Assembly (NCBI GenBank): GCA_965235115.1
Contig: OZ249441.1
Coordinates: 27,218,001 to 27,282,000, forward strand
Reading direction: 5' to 3'
Source: Laetmonice hystrix
Taxonomy: Eukaryota
Length of the DNA: 64,000 nucleotides
The position numbers were made by a program, and so were the translations under genes. Each line of letters opens with the position of its first letter. Position 1 is the first letter of the stretch. The notes beneath the pieces were generated by a model. It did not search any database, was not told where the DNA came from, and saw only the letters and a program-made list of their open reading frames with translations. This document shows, piece by piece, positions 10,636 through 23,500 of this stretch.

Positions 10636-13221
10636 ATGGACGAATCTAGACCTACGCTGGTCGTCGACCAGGGGACTAGTGCCTGGAGGGCAGGCCTTTC
10701 TAGTGTTCAGCAACCCGAAAACATTCCCTGCGTCATCGGAACTCCAAAATATCAGGTAAGGGCCGCCTCTTCTGTTCGAGGGAGCTACTTGATCAGCTCT
10801 AGACTGACTTAACTTTGGTATTTACATAGTCTGGTCTAGATTCAACATACTTTATACAACACGATAAAAATCCACACACAAAAGAGAAGGAAAGAAAAAA
10901 GCGAAGAAAAAGAAAAATTGCCTTGTCTTTTTTTCCAGTTGCCCTCACAGCCAACTCATTACGTAGGTCAGGAGACGTGGAGAAACGCCACACTGAAGCT
11001 GGATTACCCGATGGTTTCCAAGGACGGAATCGTTACCAGAGATACCCCCATTGACACTGACCTCCAGCTGCTATGGAGCCACGCCCTGGACACCCTGAAG
11101 TTAGACCCCACCGAAAACGATGTCCTCTTGGCCGAATCTGTTTTTGAAGCCAGGAAGACGGGCGAGGCTAATGTGGAGATTCTCTTTGAAACGCACGGCA
11201 TCCCCCGGCTGAATATAGCTCCTCGACCGTCCTTAGCATTGCTCGGGTCTGGTAGAACGACGGGAATAGTTCTTCATGTTGGTCATAACAAAACAGTTAT
11301 TGCACCAATTTATGACGGTAAATATGAGGTTCAGCTAATCTTTTAGTAACCGGCAGTTCCTATAGATCTACACATTATCTGGTATCACTAATTTTTTTTT
11401 CAGTAAAAATATATACCAGATCCCTGAGGCGGCCTAACCGGCCGGGTGGTAAAAATGCATGGTTACCTTTTAGGGCGTTGTAATGATGATTTGTTTACGA
11501 TAAATGGCTCAGGTGCATGGGAAGGACAGACATTTTGGATCGCATACAGGTATTTCTCAACACCTCTTCCTCTTCTCTTTCAGGATACCTTCTGCGCGAT
11601 GCGATCGTCTCGTTCGTGGTCGGGGGAAGGCACCTGACTGACGAGTTCGTTGACCTTCTCCAGAAGAGAGGGACCGACCTGACATCAACGAGTAGGCTAA
11701 CGATTTAATATTTCTCGTCGTTTGGTGGGGAGACGCTATCATAATTATAGGCCAGGAGTAACATATCTCTGTCAACTTACCGATCCGACTAAACTCGATT
11801 CCGCCAGTCGGTCCACATTGTTTTTATGTTTTGAAAACTATAACGCCTCCGCCCGGTTCCATTCAATGACAATGTCCTTGACTCCATTCAATCTGCCCCG
11901 CCCCGAGGTAACACTACACACATTAAAGGCGCAGACCCCCTAAACAAACAGTTCATTATTTTGTTCTGACAGGCGGAGAGGTGGAACTTGCACGTCGGAT
12001 CAAGGAGTCCCGGTGCTATGTGGCTCTTGACTTCAATCATGAGATCGATGTCCCCGAGACTATTGAAAATGTGGCCGTCTACCGGATGCCGGACGGATCA
12101 GAGATAGACATCGGTCACGAACAGTTCCGATGTCCGGAGGTTCTCTTCCAGCCGCCAATGAGAGGTAGCGGACCTTAACACTGGCTGTCATAAATAGGGA
12201 CAACATATACCGATAGGTGGCCACACCAGTCTATAAGGCTGGATTCCACTAAGCCGATTTACATCCGATCGGCCATCCGATTTTCTTAACTTCTGAAATT
12301 ATTGGTAATTTGTGTCATCAAATCATTAAAGGACATTTAATTTGTAAAGATTAGATATATATTTTTCGTCGGCCGCAAATATCAGATATATTTGATCGTC
12401 AATCGGATGGTCGATCGGATGTAAATCGACTTAGTGGAATCCAGCCTTAACGGCGGTATTCGTTGTGCTGGCCTAGTTGATCGTAAACGCTTGTAGCAGT
12501 GCGAATTAGGCTAAAATAATATGGTAAAAGCCTAAATGGGATTTAAAGTGATAATTTTACTCTATAGATTATTTCAAGACATTTTAGCATAATCAGTGGC
12601 CAGGCCATTGTTGTCATGTTTCCCAGGTTTTGATTCTGACGGAGTAGACAAGATGCTGTTTGCGACAGTTCGAAAGTGTCCAATTGACCTTCGATCAGAA
12701 CTTTCAAGAAATATTATTCTCTCTGGTGGAACAACAATGTTACCAGGTCAGTGCGGCGTTGTTTCTTCTTTCTTTCTATCTTTCTTTTTTATTTCTCTTT
12801 TTTTTAGCAATAGCAAAATAAATGCTAACTGGATCTTCAGTAGAATTAGGCCTACACAGGGCCTACTTATAAAGGCTATGTAGCCTATAAGGCTGATATT
12901 TTGGATGATTTCTTCATCTAGGAAAAGAACGACAAAGAGCAAAATGCCCGTTTGAACTGTATCAACATAATAATGAAACCAAAATGTCTCGCTTTTTGGT
13001 CAGGTTTCGTGGAGCGTCTAACGACTGAAATGGCAGCACTCTCAATGAAGAAAGGCACACGGAACACTTTCCGTATCTCAGCGGCTCGGCAGCCACAATT
13101 CGCCACCTGGCGGGGAGCAGCCATGTTTGCAGGGACCCCATACTTTAAGAATGGATCTATTTCACGCCAACAGTATGAAGAGACCGGGAAAAGTGCAGCA
13201 TACGACCATTTTTGTTTATGA
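10636..13221 (+). CDS. Divergent actin-like protein 2 (378 aa)
   Basis: Exons 10636-10755, 10939-11317, 11584-11691, 11973-12164, 12627-12746, 13004-13221 total 1137 nt in frame. Motifs: LVVDQG, GRTTGIV, APIYDG, IKESRCYVALDF, MPDG, FRCPEVLFQP, KCPIDLR, ILSGGTTMLPG, TWRGAAMFA. Confidence 0.93.
12236..12447. mobile_element. MITE with 47-bp TIRs in intron 4 of actin-like 2
   Basis: The left end AGGCTGGATTCCACTAAGCCGATTTACATCCGATCGGCCATCCGATT is mirrored at the right end with 2 mismatches. TA flanks both sides. Confidence 0.85.
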
Positions 13222-13288
13222 GAAAGCAAGAAACTACGAGTGATTCCGTTTTGAATCAGGCGTTGACAACATTGTTGAATGTGAGCTG

Positions 13289-13383
13289 GTCTGGTTCGCC
13301 CTTCCACCGCTCGATGGCTCTGATGGTCGCTTGCTTGTAAGCGACCATCAGAGCCATCGAGTGGCGGAAGGGGGAAACCAGAC
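13289..13383. mobile_element. Near-perfect ~95-bp palindrome (hairpin MITE) in the presumed 3' UTR of actin-like 2
   Basis: Stem of ~44 bp, GTCTGGTT...GATGGTCGCTT paired with AAGCGACCATC...AACCAGAC, closed by a 6-nt loop. Confidence 0.75.
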
Positions 13384-14460
13384 TAAGCGGACGGTAATAG
13401 ACAAAAATTCAATTGCCTGAATTCTGAATTGATCGGTCTAGAAAGAGCTTTTGAATTACCCGACCATAATTATGATCGAAGGGAAATTTACAGGGAGCCA
13501 ATTTCAAGTTTGTCTTTTCTCCTCATACTACAATAACAAGGCTACAGTTCTGGAACAGTTGTAAACGTCCGAGACGAAAGGGTGGGATTTATTTCTCTGC
13601 AGGCCGGACTTATAAATCAAACTTACAAGGCCCCGATCACGCGGGCCACGTCAAGGCCGGGTAGTGGTTAGGGGGACGGGGTGAGGATTTGGAAGAAATC
13701 CGGGGGCCGGGAGTAGGAGTTAGGGTTAGGTTACTTTAGGGGTAGGAGTTGTGATCAATTATAGTTTTCACCACCACATTACGCGGGAATATTACAATTG
13801 GGGGGGGGGGGGGTCTACATGGATAAAACCATCCACGGGCCACAGGGGAGTGTTCATGCCCCAGGTTGAATAAATCAGTCAGCCATAAGCCTACCCCCTA
13901 CATTACATGTATATGATTTTACAATCAGAAAGCTGCAATAAACTAGTTTCATCAAAACACTTACAACTAGGCCTCCACGACTGTTCTTTCAAGAACATTA
14001 ATATGGCCGTTCCGTTAATAGCATATCGAAATATAGCCTCGCACGGGAAAGACACCATTACAATCATATAGATATTACAAACAAATCACTTCTCAGAAAC
14101 TTCCAGGTAGTTTGGCAACATCCTAACACAGTTCCTAACACAGTTCGTAACCTGTGCTTGTGCTGCCACCTAGCGTATATGTACAGATACAAATTGGCGT
14201 ATTCTTACCCCGAACAGGGCGAAATGCTGCCGATTGGGCTCAACTCAATGCACCTGCTTGCACTCTTACTGCGATACCTCTGATATGTTTAATCTATAGT
14301 AGGCCTACCCATTACCAAACACGGGTTCATCTATCTATATAAAATTATAGACTATTCCAAACGTAGGCCTATTATGTTATGTCAAAAAAATTCTAATGGC
14401 GGTTCAACGGGTTGGGCACTTCAACATCAAACGCAATTTGTATATAGTTCCTAATCACGA

Positions 14461-17400
14461 GGGGAGTGGCGGTGGCCTAGTGGGCATGGATGTCGACACC
14501 TTATGCTATGCGAATGGGTGCAGTAATCTTAGGGCCTGGGTTCGATTCCTGTAGAGGACTATACAACTTTTCTCTTTAGGGACATTGTCAAAGTAATTGG
14601 GTTACCCCTGATGCCCGTGCATTTCAAAAGAAAAATACAGGCAGGTGTGGTATCTAGGTTACTAATCACTACAGGAAGGTGGGCTATATAATGTCCTAAT
14701 CACTACAGACTACAGGGAAGTGGCGGTGGCCGAGTGGGCATGGGCGTCGATACCTTATGCTATGCGAATGGGTGCAGTAATCTTGGGGCCGGGGTTCGAT
14801 TCCTGTAGAGGACTATACAACTTTTCTCTTTAGGGACATTGTCAAAGTAATTGGGTTACGCCTGATGCCCGTGCATTTCAAAAGCAAAATACAGTCAGGT
14901 GGGGTACATAAGGTCCTAATCACTACAGTCTGCTGGGGTACATAAGGTCCTAATCACTACAGTCAGGTGGGGTATATAGGGACCTAATCACTACAGGCAG
15001 GTGGGGTATATAGAGACCTAATCACAAACACAGTCTACGCCAGTGCCAGATTACCTTAACAGTCAATGTTCGGTAGAAATCCTGTGTAGCTCTATCTAGG
15101 AAAATATGGATTCCGTCTCATTTCGGAAGATGTGTGTAGGGGGGAGGGTCCATTGTCCTGCTCGACCACCAAAGCTCCTTTTTTAGGGGAGTGGCGGTGG
15201 CCTAGTGGGCATGGATGTCGACACCTTATGCTATGCGAATGGGTGCAGTAATCTTAGGGCCTGGGTTCGATTCCTGTAGAGGACTATACAACTTTTCTCT
15301 TTAGGGACATTGTCAAAGTAATTGGGTTACCCCTGATGCCCGTGCATTTCAAAAGAAAAATACAGGCAGGTGTGGTATCTAGGTTACTAATCACTACAGG
15401 AAGGTGGGCTATATAATGTCCTAATCACTACAGACTACAGGGAAGTGGCGGTGGCCGAGTGGGCATGGGCGTCGATACCTTATGCTATGCGAATGGGTGC
15501 AGTAATCTTGGGGCCGGGGTTCGATTCCTGTAGAGGACTATACAACTTTTCTCTTTAGGGACATTGTCAAAGTAATTGGGTTACGCCTGATGCCCGTGCA
15601 TTTCAAAAGCAAAATACAGTCAGGTGGGGTACATAAGGTCCTAATCACTACAGTCTGCTGGGGTACATAAGGTCCTAATCACTACAGTCAGGTGGGGTAT
15701 ATAGGGACCTAATCACTACAGGCAGGTGGGGTATATAGAGACCTAATCACAAACACAGTCTACGCCAGTGCCAGATTACCTTAACAGTCAATGTTCGGTA
15801 GAAATCCTGTGTAGCTCTATCTAGGAAAATATGGATTCCGTCTCATTTCGGAAGATGTGTGTAGGGGGGAGGGTCCATTGTCCTGCTCGACCACCAAAGC
15901 TCCTTTTTTAGGGGAGTGGCGGTGGCCTAGTGGGCATGGGTGTCGACACCTTATGCTATGCGAATGGGTGCAGTAATCTTGGGGCCGGCGTTCGATTCCT
16001 GTAGAGGACTATACAACTTTTCTCTTTAGGGACATTGTCAAAGTAATTGGGTTACCCCTGATGCCCGTGCATTTCAAAAGAAAAATACAGTCTACGCCAG
16101 TGCCAGGATTACCTTAACAGTCAATGTTCGGTAGAAATCATGTGTAGCTCTATCTAGGAAAATATGGATTCCGTCTCATTTCGGAAGATGTGTGTAGGGG
16201 GGAGGGTCCATTGTCCTGCTCGACCACCAAAGCTCCTTTTTTAGGGGAGTGGCGGTGGCCGAGTGGGCATGGGTGTCGACACCTTATGCTATGCGAATGG
16301 GTGCAGTAATCTTGGGGCCGGGGTTCGATTCCTGTAGAGGACTATACAACTTTTCTCTTTAGGGACATTGTCAAAGTAATTGGGTTACCCCTGATGCCCG
16401 TGCATTTCAAAAAAGAAAAATACAGTCAGGTGGGGTATATAGGTTACTAATCACTGTTCAATTCCTGTAGAGGACTATACAACTTTTCTCTTTAGGGACA
16501 TTGTCAAAGTAATTGGGTTACGCCTGATGCCCGTGCATTTCAAAAGAAAAAAACAGTCTACGCCAGTGCCAGATTACCTTAACAGTCAATGTTCAGTAGA
16601 AATCATGGGTAGCTCTATCTAGGAAAATATGGATTCCGTCTCATCTCGGAAGATGTGTGTAGGGGCGAGGGTCCATTGTCCTGCTCGACTACCAAAGCTT
16701 CCTACTTTAGGGAAGTGGCGGTGGCCGAGTGGGCATGGGCGTCGATACCTTATGCTATGCGAATGGGTGCAGTAATCTTGGGGCCGGGGTTCGATTCCTG
16801 TAGAGGACTATACAACTTTTCTCTTTAGGGACATTGTCAAAGTAATTGGGTTACGCCTGATGCCCGTGCATTTCAAAAGAAAAATACAGTCAGTTGGGGT
16901 ATATAGGTTACTAATCGCTACAGTCAGGTGGGGTATATATGGCCCTAATCACAGTGGGCATGGATGTCGACACCTTATGCTATGCGAATGGGTGCAGTAA
17001 TCTTAGGGCCTGGGTTCGATTCCTGTAGAGGACTATACAACTTTTCTCTTTAGGGACATTGTCAAAGTAATTGGGTTACCCCTGATGCCCGTGCATTTCA
17101 AAAGAAAAATACAGGCAGGTGGGGTATATAGGTTATTAATCACTACAGGCAGGTGGGGTATATAGGTTCCTAACGCCAGTGCCAGGATTACCTTAACAGT
17201 CAATGTTCGGTAGAAATCATGTGTAGCTCTAACTAGGAAAATATGGATTCCGTCCCATTTCAAAAAGATGTGTGTAGGGGGAGGGTCCATTGTCCTGCTC
17301 GACCACCAAAGCTCCTTTTTTAGGGGAGTGGCGGTGGCCTAGTGGGCATGGGTGTCGACACCTTATGCTATGCGAATGGGTGCAGTAATCTTAGGGCCTG

Positions 17401-17525
17401 GGTTCGATTCCTGTAGAGGACTATACAACTTTTCTCTTTAGGGACATTGTCAAAGTAATTGGGTTACCCCTGATGCCCGTGCATTTCAAAAGAAAAATAC
17501 AGGCAGGTGGGGTATATAGGTTCCT
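14461..17525 (+). repeat. Tandem array of a tRNA-derived (SINE-head-like) Pol III unit with interspersed ~30-bp minisatellite and ~150-bp spacer modules
   Basis: Full heads start at 14461, 14715, 15186, 15440, 15911, 16244, 16710 and 17323; truncated heads at ~16456 and ~16953. Each full head has A box TGGCC(T/G)AGTGG, B box G(G/C)GTTCGATTCC and TTTT about 18 nt downstream. Confidence 0.92.
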
Positions 17526-20500
17526 AAAGACTACACTCAGGCCTATCTTTGTTATTTCATTCCTTACACAGAGCCCTCCGCCCCTCTCCACACCCAACCT
17601 ACATAGACAAGACATAGGAAGTAACACCCCAGGCCGCAGAAAACAATTCTGTATAGATTAGGTCCTATTGCTTCTAGAACCCTCTCATTGCAGTAAGGGG
17701 CATAATCCCTTGCTTTGCACACTGTCCGCTTCCGAATTTTCGAGATACGGTGTTTTATGCAGATTTAACCCCCCCCCCTCCAGAGCACCTGGATCCGCCC
17801 CTGCCCTGTACCCCCCCCCCCCTCCCACCGTCCTCACCCCGGACCATTCCTTTCTTTCTGCATGCTCCTCCTCTCACAATTTTGGACCTTATAAGGATAT
17901 GGTCTGGTGGGTCGTCGGTGTTGGTGCTAAGAAACACCTAAAATATTGACACGGTATAGTGGTGTACCGGAGAACCGACTAAACAACATTTGTCTATACG
18001 GCGGCATCACGACCGGGGGACTGGTGGAAGTTTGTGGCACATGCTGGGGGGAGTATGCATGTTGTGCATGCCAAGTGAAAATCCTTCCTGTTAGCTCTCG
18101 TGGGAGCATGATCTAAACAGTGATTCATACTTGTAAGGAACAAAACGAGTTGATAGGTTGTTTGGATCGTGCCAAGAATGGCCTGACACCCTCCATAAAA
18201 AACGCGTGCTTTTTATTTGACACCCCTCCAAGCACGAGCCCAATCGAGGGGGTACGTTTTTATAGCAACGATTAAACTTTGTATATGATAATGCACATAT
18301 TGGACCTATAGTACTTGCAACATTAGAGACTTCTCAACTTTCTGTTTACAGAATACTGTACATACTATAGTATAAGCATGGATAAGTGTGAACGTACATA
18401 TATATAAGTCATGGAATGCTGAAAGAAACAAAATACTCCACAATATCGACCCCTTCAACCCCTTCATATGAGTGCTGGCCTTGAATCAAAAGAAAGTATG
18501 GACCTGTTAGTCGCAGCACGCTAGTTTTCCTATCGGCCTATTGTCTATATACATTGTATAAATATATTATTAAAGTCGGGAGGGCAACAAGTGCAGCGCA
18601 CCGATTTCGGTTAGACACCTTTCGGATTTCAAGGATGTGGTTTATGGCTAGTTCAGCCAATGACCGTGTTTTTTATACGTGGTCCTTAACCACATCGGAG
18701 ATTCGAATAGACTATAATACACACACTTAGTCTGGCAGGTATAAGGGATGGTTGTCGTCTACGATACAGTGGGGATCATTCTTCCATAAAACAAACCTCA
18801 TGAGAAGCCTCAGGAAGAATTCACACATAGAAGGATCAGTGTCGGTATAGGCCCCCGACCCACCCGGGGAGATATACGGTACGGAAGGTACCAGAACTTG
18901 ACGCTACTATTAGAACGGGTCACTGCGTCAAGATGACATCACAACTTGTCAATAGGCCGAGAGCTATAAAAACACCCAGCTCATCTAAAGTCTTCACATT
19001 GACGGCTACCTAGGCAATGACACGTGCCGAGTTAGATTTTCTCCACTTTCAATTCCATATAAGGATCTCAAGGTATAGGCACGCAGTGTAGGGAATCTAT
19101 GTCTGGAGAAAAAGTATACTACTACTGCATGATAAACTGGTTACATCATAATACATTGTAATATGGATATGAGACGGATAAAACCTGCTGGTGTCAGACA
19201 AGGGATTAAATTGCACATTTTATTGAATTGGATGTATTAGACAGCTATACGTTGGGCCTATATTTACTGTAGCCTTTCTTTTTCTCTGCAGTTGACTTAT
19301 ACTTTATCAAATTCAATATCTATAGGCCTCCCGCCCGGTTCGCGTTCGACCATGTAGATTATCTTTTTTTACGGGGGGTTGACCCCCCCTCCCTTTGCCT
19401 TGGCAGTGACATCACACAGAACCCCCCCCCCTTCCGACCAATCCTGGCTTGGCCCTAGCTGTGGTAGGCCAGGTATCCTGTAAGTATATGAATATACTTC
19501 AATAACTGTCGACACAGAATTCATCAAACCATAAATACTATTTTGGGATACTGTTGGGGACTGGTATAAGTTGCCCTCCGTGTGGTATTGTATTGAGCAG
19601 AGCCGGTTCTAAGCGCCCCATCAACATGTATACTGACGGCCGGCCAACAAACCATTAATACACGCAGAAGAAATTCCGCCCGTCCCCCCCCCCCCCCCCC
19701 ACCGCACGCCAACCCCTGTCTTGGAGGCGATAATAGAATTTTGCGCTCTGCTGGTTACATATATAGATCCTCTGGCAGACAACCTCTGTGTGCTGTCAGC
19801 GTGGGCGAGGGTTTCATCAGGCCACACAAAGCACTGGCCTCTTGTCGATATTTGGTTGCCAGGTGGACGGTATAGAGACAACCGGCCGGCCAATAAGTGC
19901 GAGACTGCCCGCCTCCCGTACTGGATCCACATAAAAACAAACTGTGCCAGACTGTGAATAGACATAGAAAGTGTGTCACCTGGATCTTCCAGATTAAGAG
20001 CGGGAGGGGGAGGGTGCAGCAAACTGATACCAAGACATTTCTGGCTAGCTGACTTTGAATATGATCATATCCATATCGAGGTAAAGTCATGGATTTTCTT
20101 TTATCGTGATCGTAAGGAAATCGTCACGGACAGAAGACACGGCCCCACCCCTTCCTGGCTTCCTCTTCGTGGTGCCTTTTGGAAAGAGGAAGCATGATCT
20201 TGGAATACGTCACCGGACATTACAGGCAAATTGAACCTGGGGATACTTACTGCATGGGAACATTCCCCAAATATAACATTCTCTGTTTCTTGGTTGCTAT
20301 GATTTGCTATATCATCGGCTTATAAATAACCGGGTATCGAGTTACAGGTCTATAAAAGGCCATTTTTATTTTAACGCAGGGTGAAAGGGCTGGGGTAATC
20401 AGACTTTGCCCTCCCCTATCTTTTGAGAGAGGGGGTATGGCCCCTGTGGTTCCAGCCTTTCCTACTCCCTCTATATCATGAAAACACTGTAACCTCGACC

Positions 20501-23500
20501 CCCACCCACCCCACCCACCCTCCCGCCCCCGTCTCCCCGCCCTTGGTTCATCCATGAACTCCCCTACTTATGTCCACGGGGATAACACAAACCGTGATCG
20601 AAAAGTTGAACAAAATGTGCTGATGGCTACACCCTATAGTTCACCGCTTGAGGCGTTCGTATTCGCGGCCCACTCACTGCCTGGTGGCGGTTAACTATAT
20701 ATGGTTGTAAACGGACGTTGGCATCATGCCAGCTTTGGAACGGTCATACACTAATTGTTTGTCTCTCTTCCTCGTTTCCATTTCAGTTGTATACTTGAGT
20801 TGATATACGAGAAAAAGGAGAGAAAAAGTAAGACCTCCCCGTATTAAAGTTTGTCGCGTTCATCGATGTGTAGCTGTGGAAAACCCAGAATCAGACCTTG
20901 CCCTGCAATTAAAGGTGAGGGGCGCCAAAGCCACGCCTGGTCAACTTTTCCACATTATATTATATTAATATGTTCTCGCGAAAAGGAATACCCCAGTCAC
21001 TACCGCTACTTGGGTGCCCTATTTTATTTTATTTGAGCCAATGGACCTCTGGGGTCAACCGTAGCGATGAAAAGAGCAGCCTTTAAGGTTAACGTGTTAT
21101 TGTAGATCAAAATACACGGTCAGAAATACGGCAATAAGCGGTCTATATCATACCCCTGTCCCTTTCTTTCTTTACCATGACGGATCCAAGTAAACAGGAG
21201 GATCACAATATTAAGTTGTGTGGAGCTATAGTATTAACCTATTTCACATCACTGACTTCAACTATTTGTGATTCCACTAGTTCTTTCTTCGCTTCAGTAT
21301 ACACGTGAGAACAAGTCACTGGATGGTAAAATAACACTACCTTTCTCTACAAGAAAGACAACAAAATAGGCGATACTATCGGACAGGTCGAATGGCCAGA
21401 TCAGAGAACTATTAGGCACCGAGGGGTTCGGGCGGGGTTATCCTTTGGGGAGGGGGAGCAGGATTGGTCGAATCTTAGGAAAAGTATTGAACAATGCATT
21501 CAAAGACCATCATCAAAATTATTTACGTTTTGAAATTTATTTGAGTGAAGATGTCTCTCCCGTTTCTTTTTACCAGCTTTTCGTGCTCACTTCTCTTGCC
21601 CTCTATGTCGGTTGTTCCTCGAATAAAGGCAGACCGCACCCGTTTGAAAATTCTTGGGACGCTAATGCCAGGCGACAGGTCGAGATGTCGTGCACTTGGC
21701 GTTGAGGAGTTGGCTGACTTCACCGTGTGATACACCCCGCTGTGTACCATGTCAATATTGTTCCGGATCCGCATCACTCATTGATGCTTCCCGTCAGACT
21801 CGACTTCCTCTGATCAACTTGCTTTCGTAACCTACTTTGATCTACCGACAAGTGCGGAATCCGCGCTTTGTTTGACTAACCGTATTATGCTATTGACATA
21901 CGTTTCTTAGTCGGAATCACCGGGCCAGCCGGAGGCTTGCGTCTCGTATGCCGGAAGAACAGTCAGAGTTTTCCGACCTCAGTTACTGGTGAATCATTCG
22001 GCAGCTACTGACCGACTGTTGCTCAACCAGCCACCGTGGGCTCTCTGTACATGAAAGATACCCAGAGGTGAACATCAGCGCTATACATGGACGCCGGCCA
22101 GTTTTCACATCATCAGAGTACATTTTGTATTAACAATTCCCTATCGAGACGCATGACTAAATTGCACTAATAATCTTGACACGGTTAGAAGGTATAGGGT
22201 TGCATGTGTAGGTCGTAAATTTCTAAAGTCGTGACGAACATGTGAAACGTTCTTTCTGCCCCTCGCCCCCATCCCCTCGAGTGCTGCCGTACCTGATGAC
22301 TATACGTTAACATGTCGTCGGGGATTAATGGAATGTCTGTCTCTTCCATGGTTTGTCGGGCGTCCCAGTGACCTGGTGGGGGTCACGGTCGACTGGTTCA
22401 CCTTGTGTGAATGAAACCATGTTGGAGGCGTGCAGTGTTGGCGGCACGCACCGACCAAGGGAGGAGGGGGAGGGGGCGTCACTGTGGTAAAGGTGGGGAG
22501 GTCGTACCTTCAGCGGGTGGACAGTTCCACTCGATCTTCGTTACCAGCAGACAGAAAGAAAAAATAAAACACAAATTGTATTCATAAATTATAAGTAAGA
22601 GCAACCTTCAGCCGGTATATGCCGTTGAACTCCGGTATATCGAAAAGGCTACATGACGTTAGAAATTCAACATGTGGATTTTATTAGCTGCAGGAACTTT
22701 ATAGCTCCGGTATTATTTACCAACTTGCAAAATGGTTATTTTTCAGAAAGATGTCCTTCTCCTAATAAGTTGCCTTAGTCCTATATAAAGCAAGTGACAC
22801 ATTTTACAGGGAGTGAAGTTGAAACATATCGGCAACAGATATCAGATATCATATGATATATGTGTATATCATATGAAGTTCTGATGTTAAGTGTGAGTAT
22901 TTCGGCCTATAATTTTGTAAATAAACCGTCGATTATTTGGGGGGGGGGGGGGCGGATTTCTGCCAAATTAAGGCGTTCATACAGAGAGTGCCCCATTTAT
23001 GCGGTTGCAGTCTGGGCACGCACGGGGAACCCCTGCTTTGCCTTGAAAGCATTGCCTGTCGGCCTGTCTTCTAATACACCTGCATGCCAATTCCCAAAAT
23101 AGGCACCTCAGATTTGTTGGCTGCGGTAACCCCCAGGGTCTAAACACACTGTGCTGGACGCACGCATACATACGTCCACACACGGCCTCCCTCCTATTAT
23201 ACACATGCCCGGGGTGTCGCTGTCTCCTTCCAGTTAACCATTACTGCAAGGGACGCATTATAAGGCTGATTTAAGTCTTTATAAGTTTTTCGTTGACGAT
23301 ATTCAGTGAATATACCCTTATTGCATGCAGTTCATGTGCCGGTGTACTACACAGGGCAAGTACCCGATCCGCTGTGTCACCCACACTCACACACAGTCAG
23401 GTAGGTAGGTGGTAGCGGCCAGCCTCAGTACAGTGGATAGGTATAGGCACTCGACCAAACTTGGTCACGGAGGCCTGCGTCATTACTCATCCGAAGTTAA

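Noticed and set aside
13705-13745. GTTAGGGTTAGG telomere-like stretch (similar G-rich tract near 26945-27030)
   Set aside because: Only 1-2 units; more likely a repeat-internal G-rich fragment.
14466-14560. Functional tRNA genes
   Set aside because: A and B boxes are present, but there is no acceptor-stem pairing, the T stem is weak and I see no anticodon arm.
14461-17525. CRISPR-like array
   Set aside because: The context is eukaryotic, the intervening segments are themselves repeated rather than unique spacers, and there are no cas genes.
17033-17661. ORFs 17033-17290, 17421-17627 and 17473-17661
   Set aside because: They are chance frames through the repeat units.
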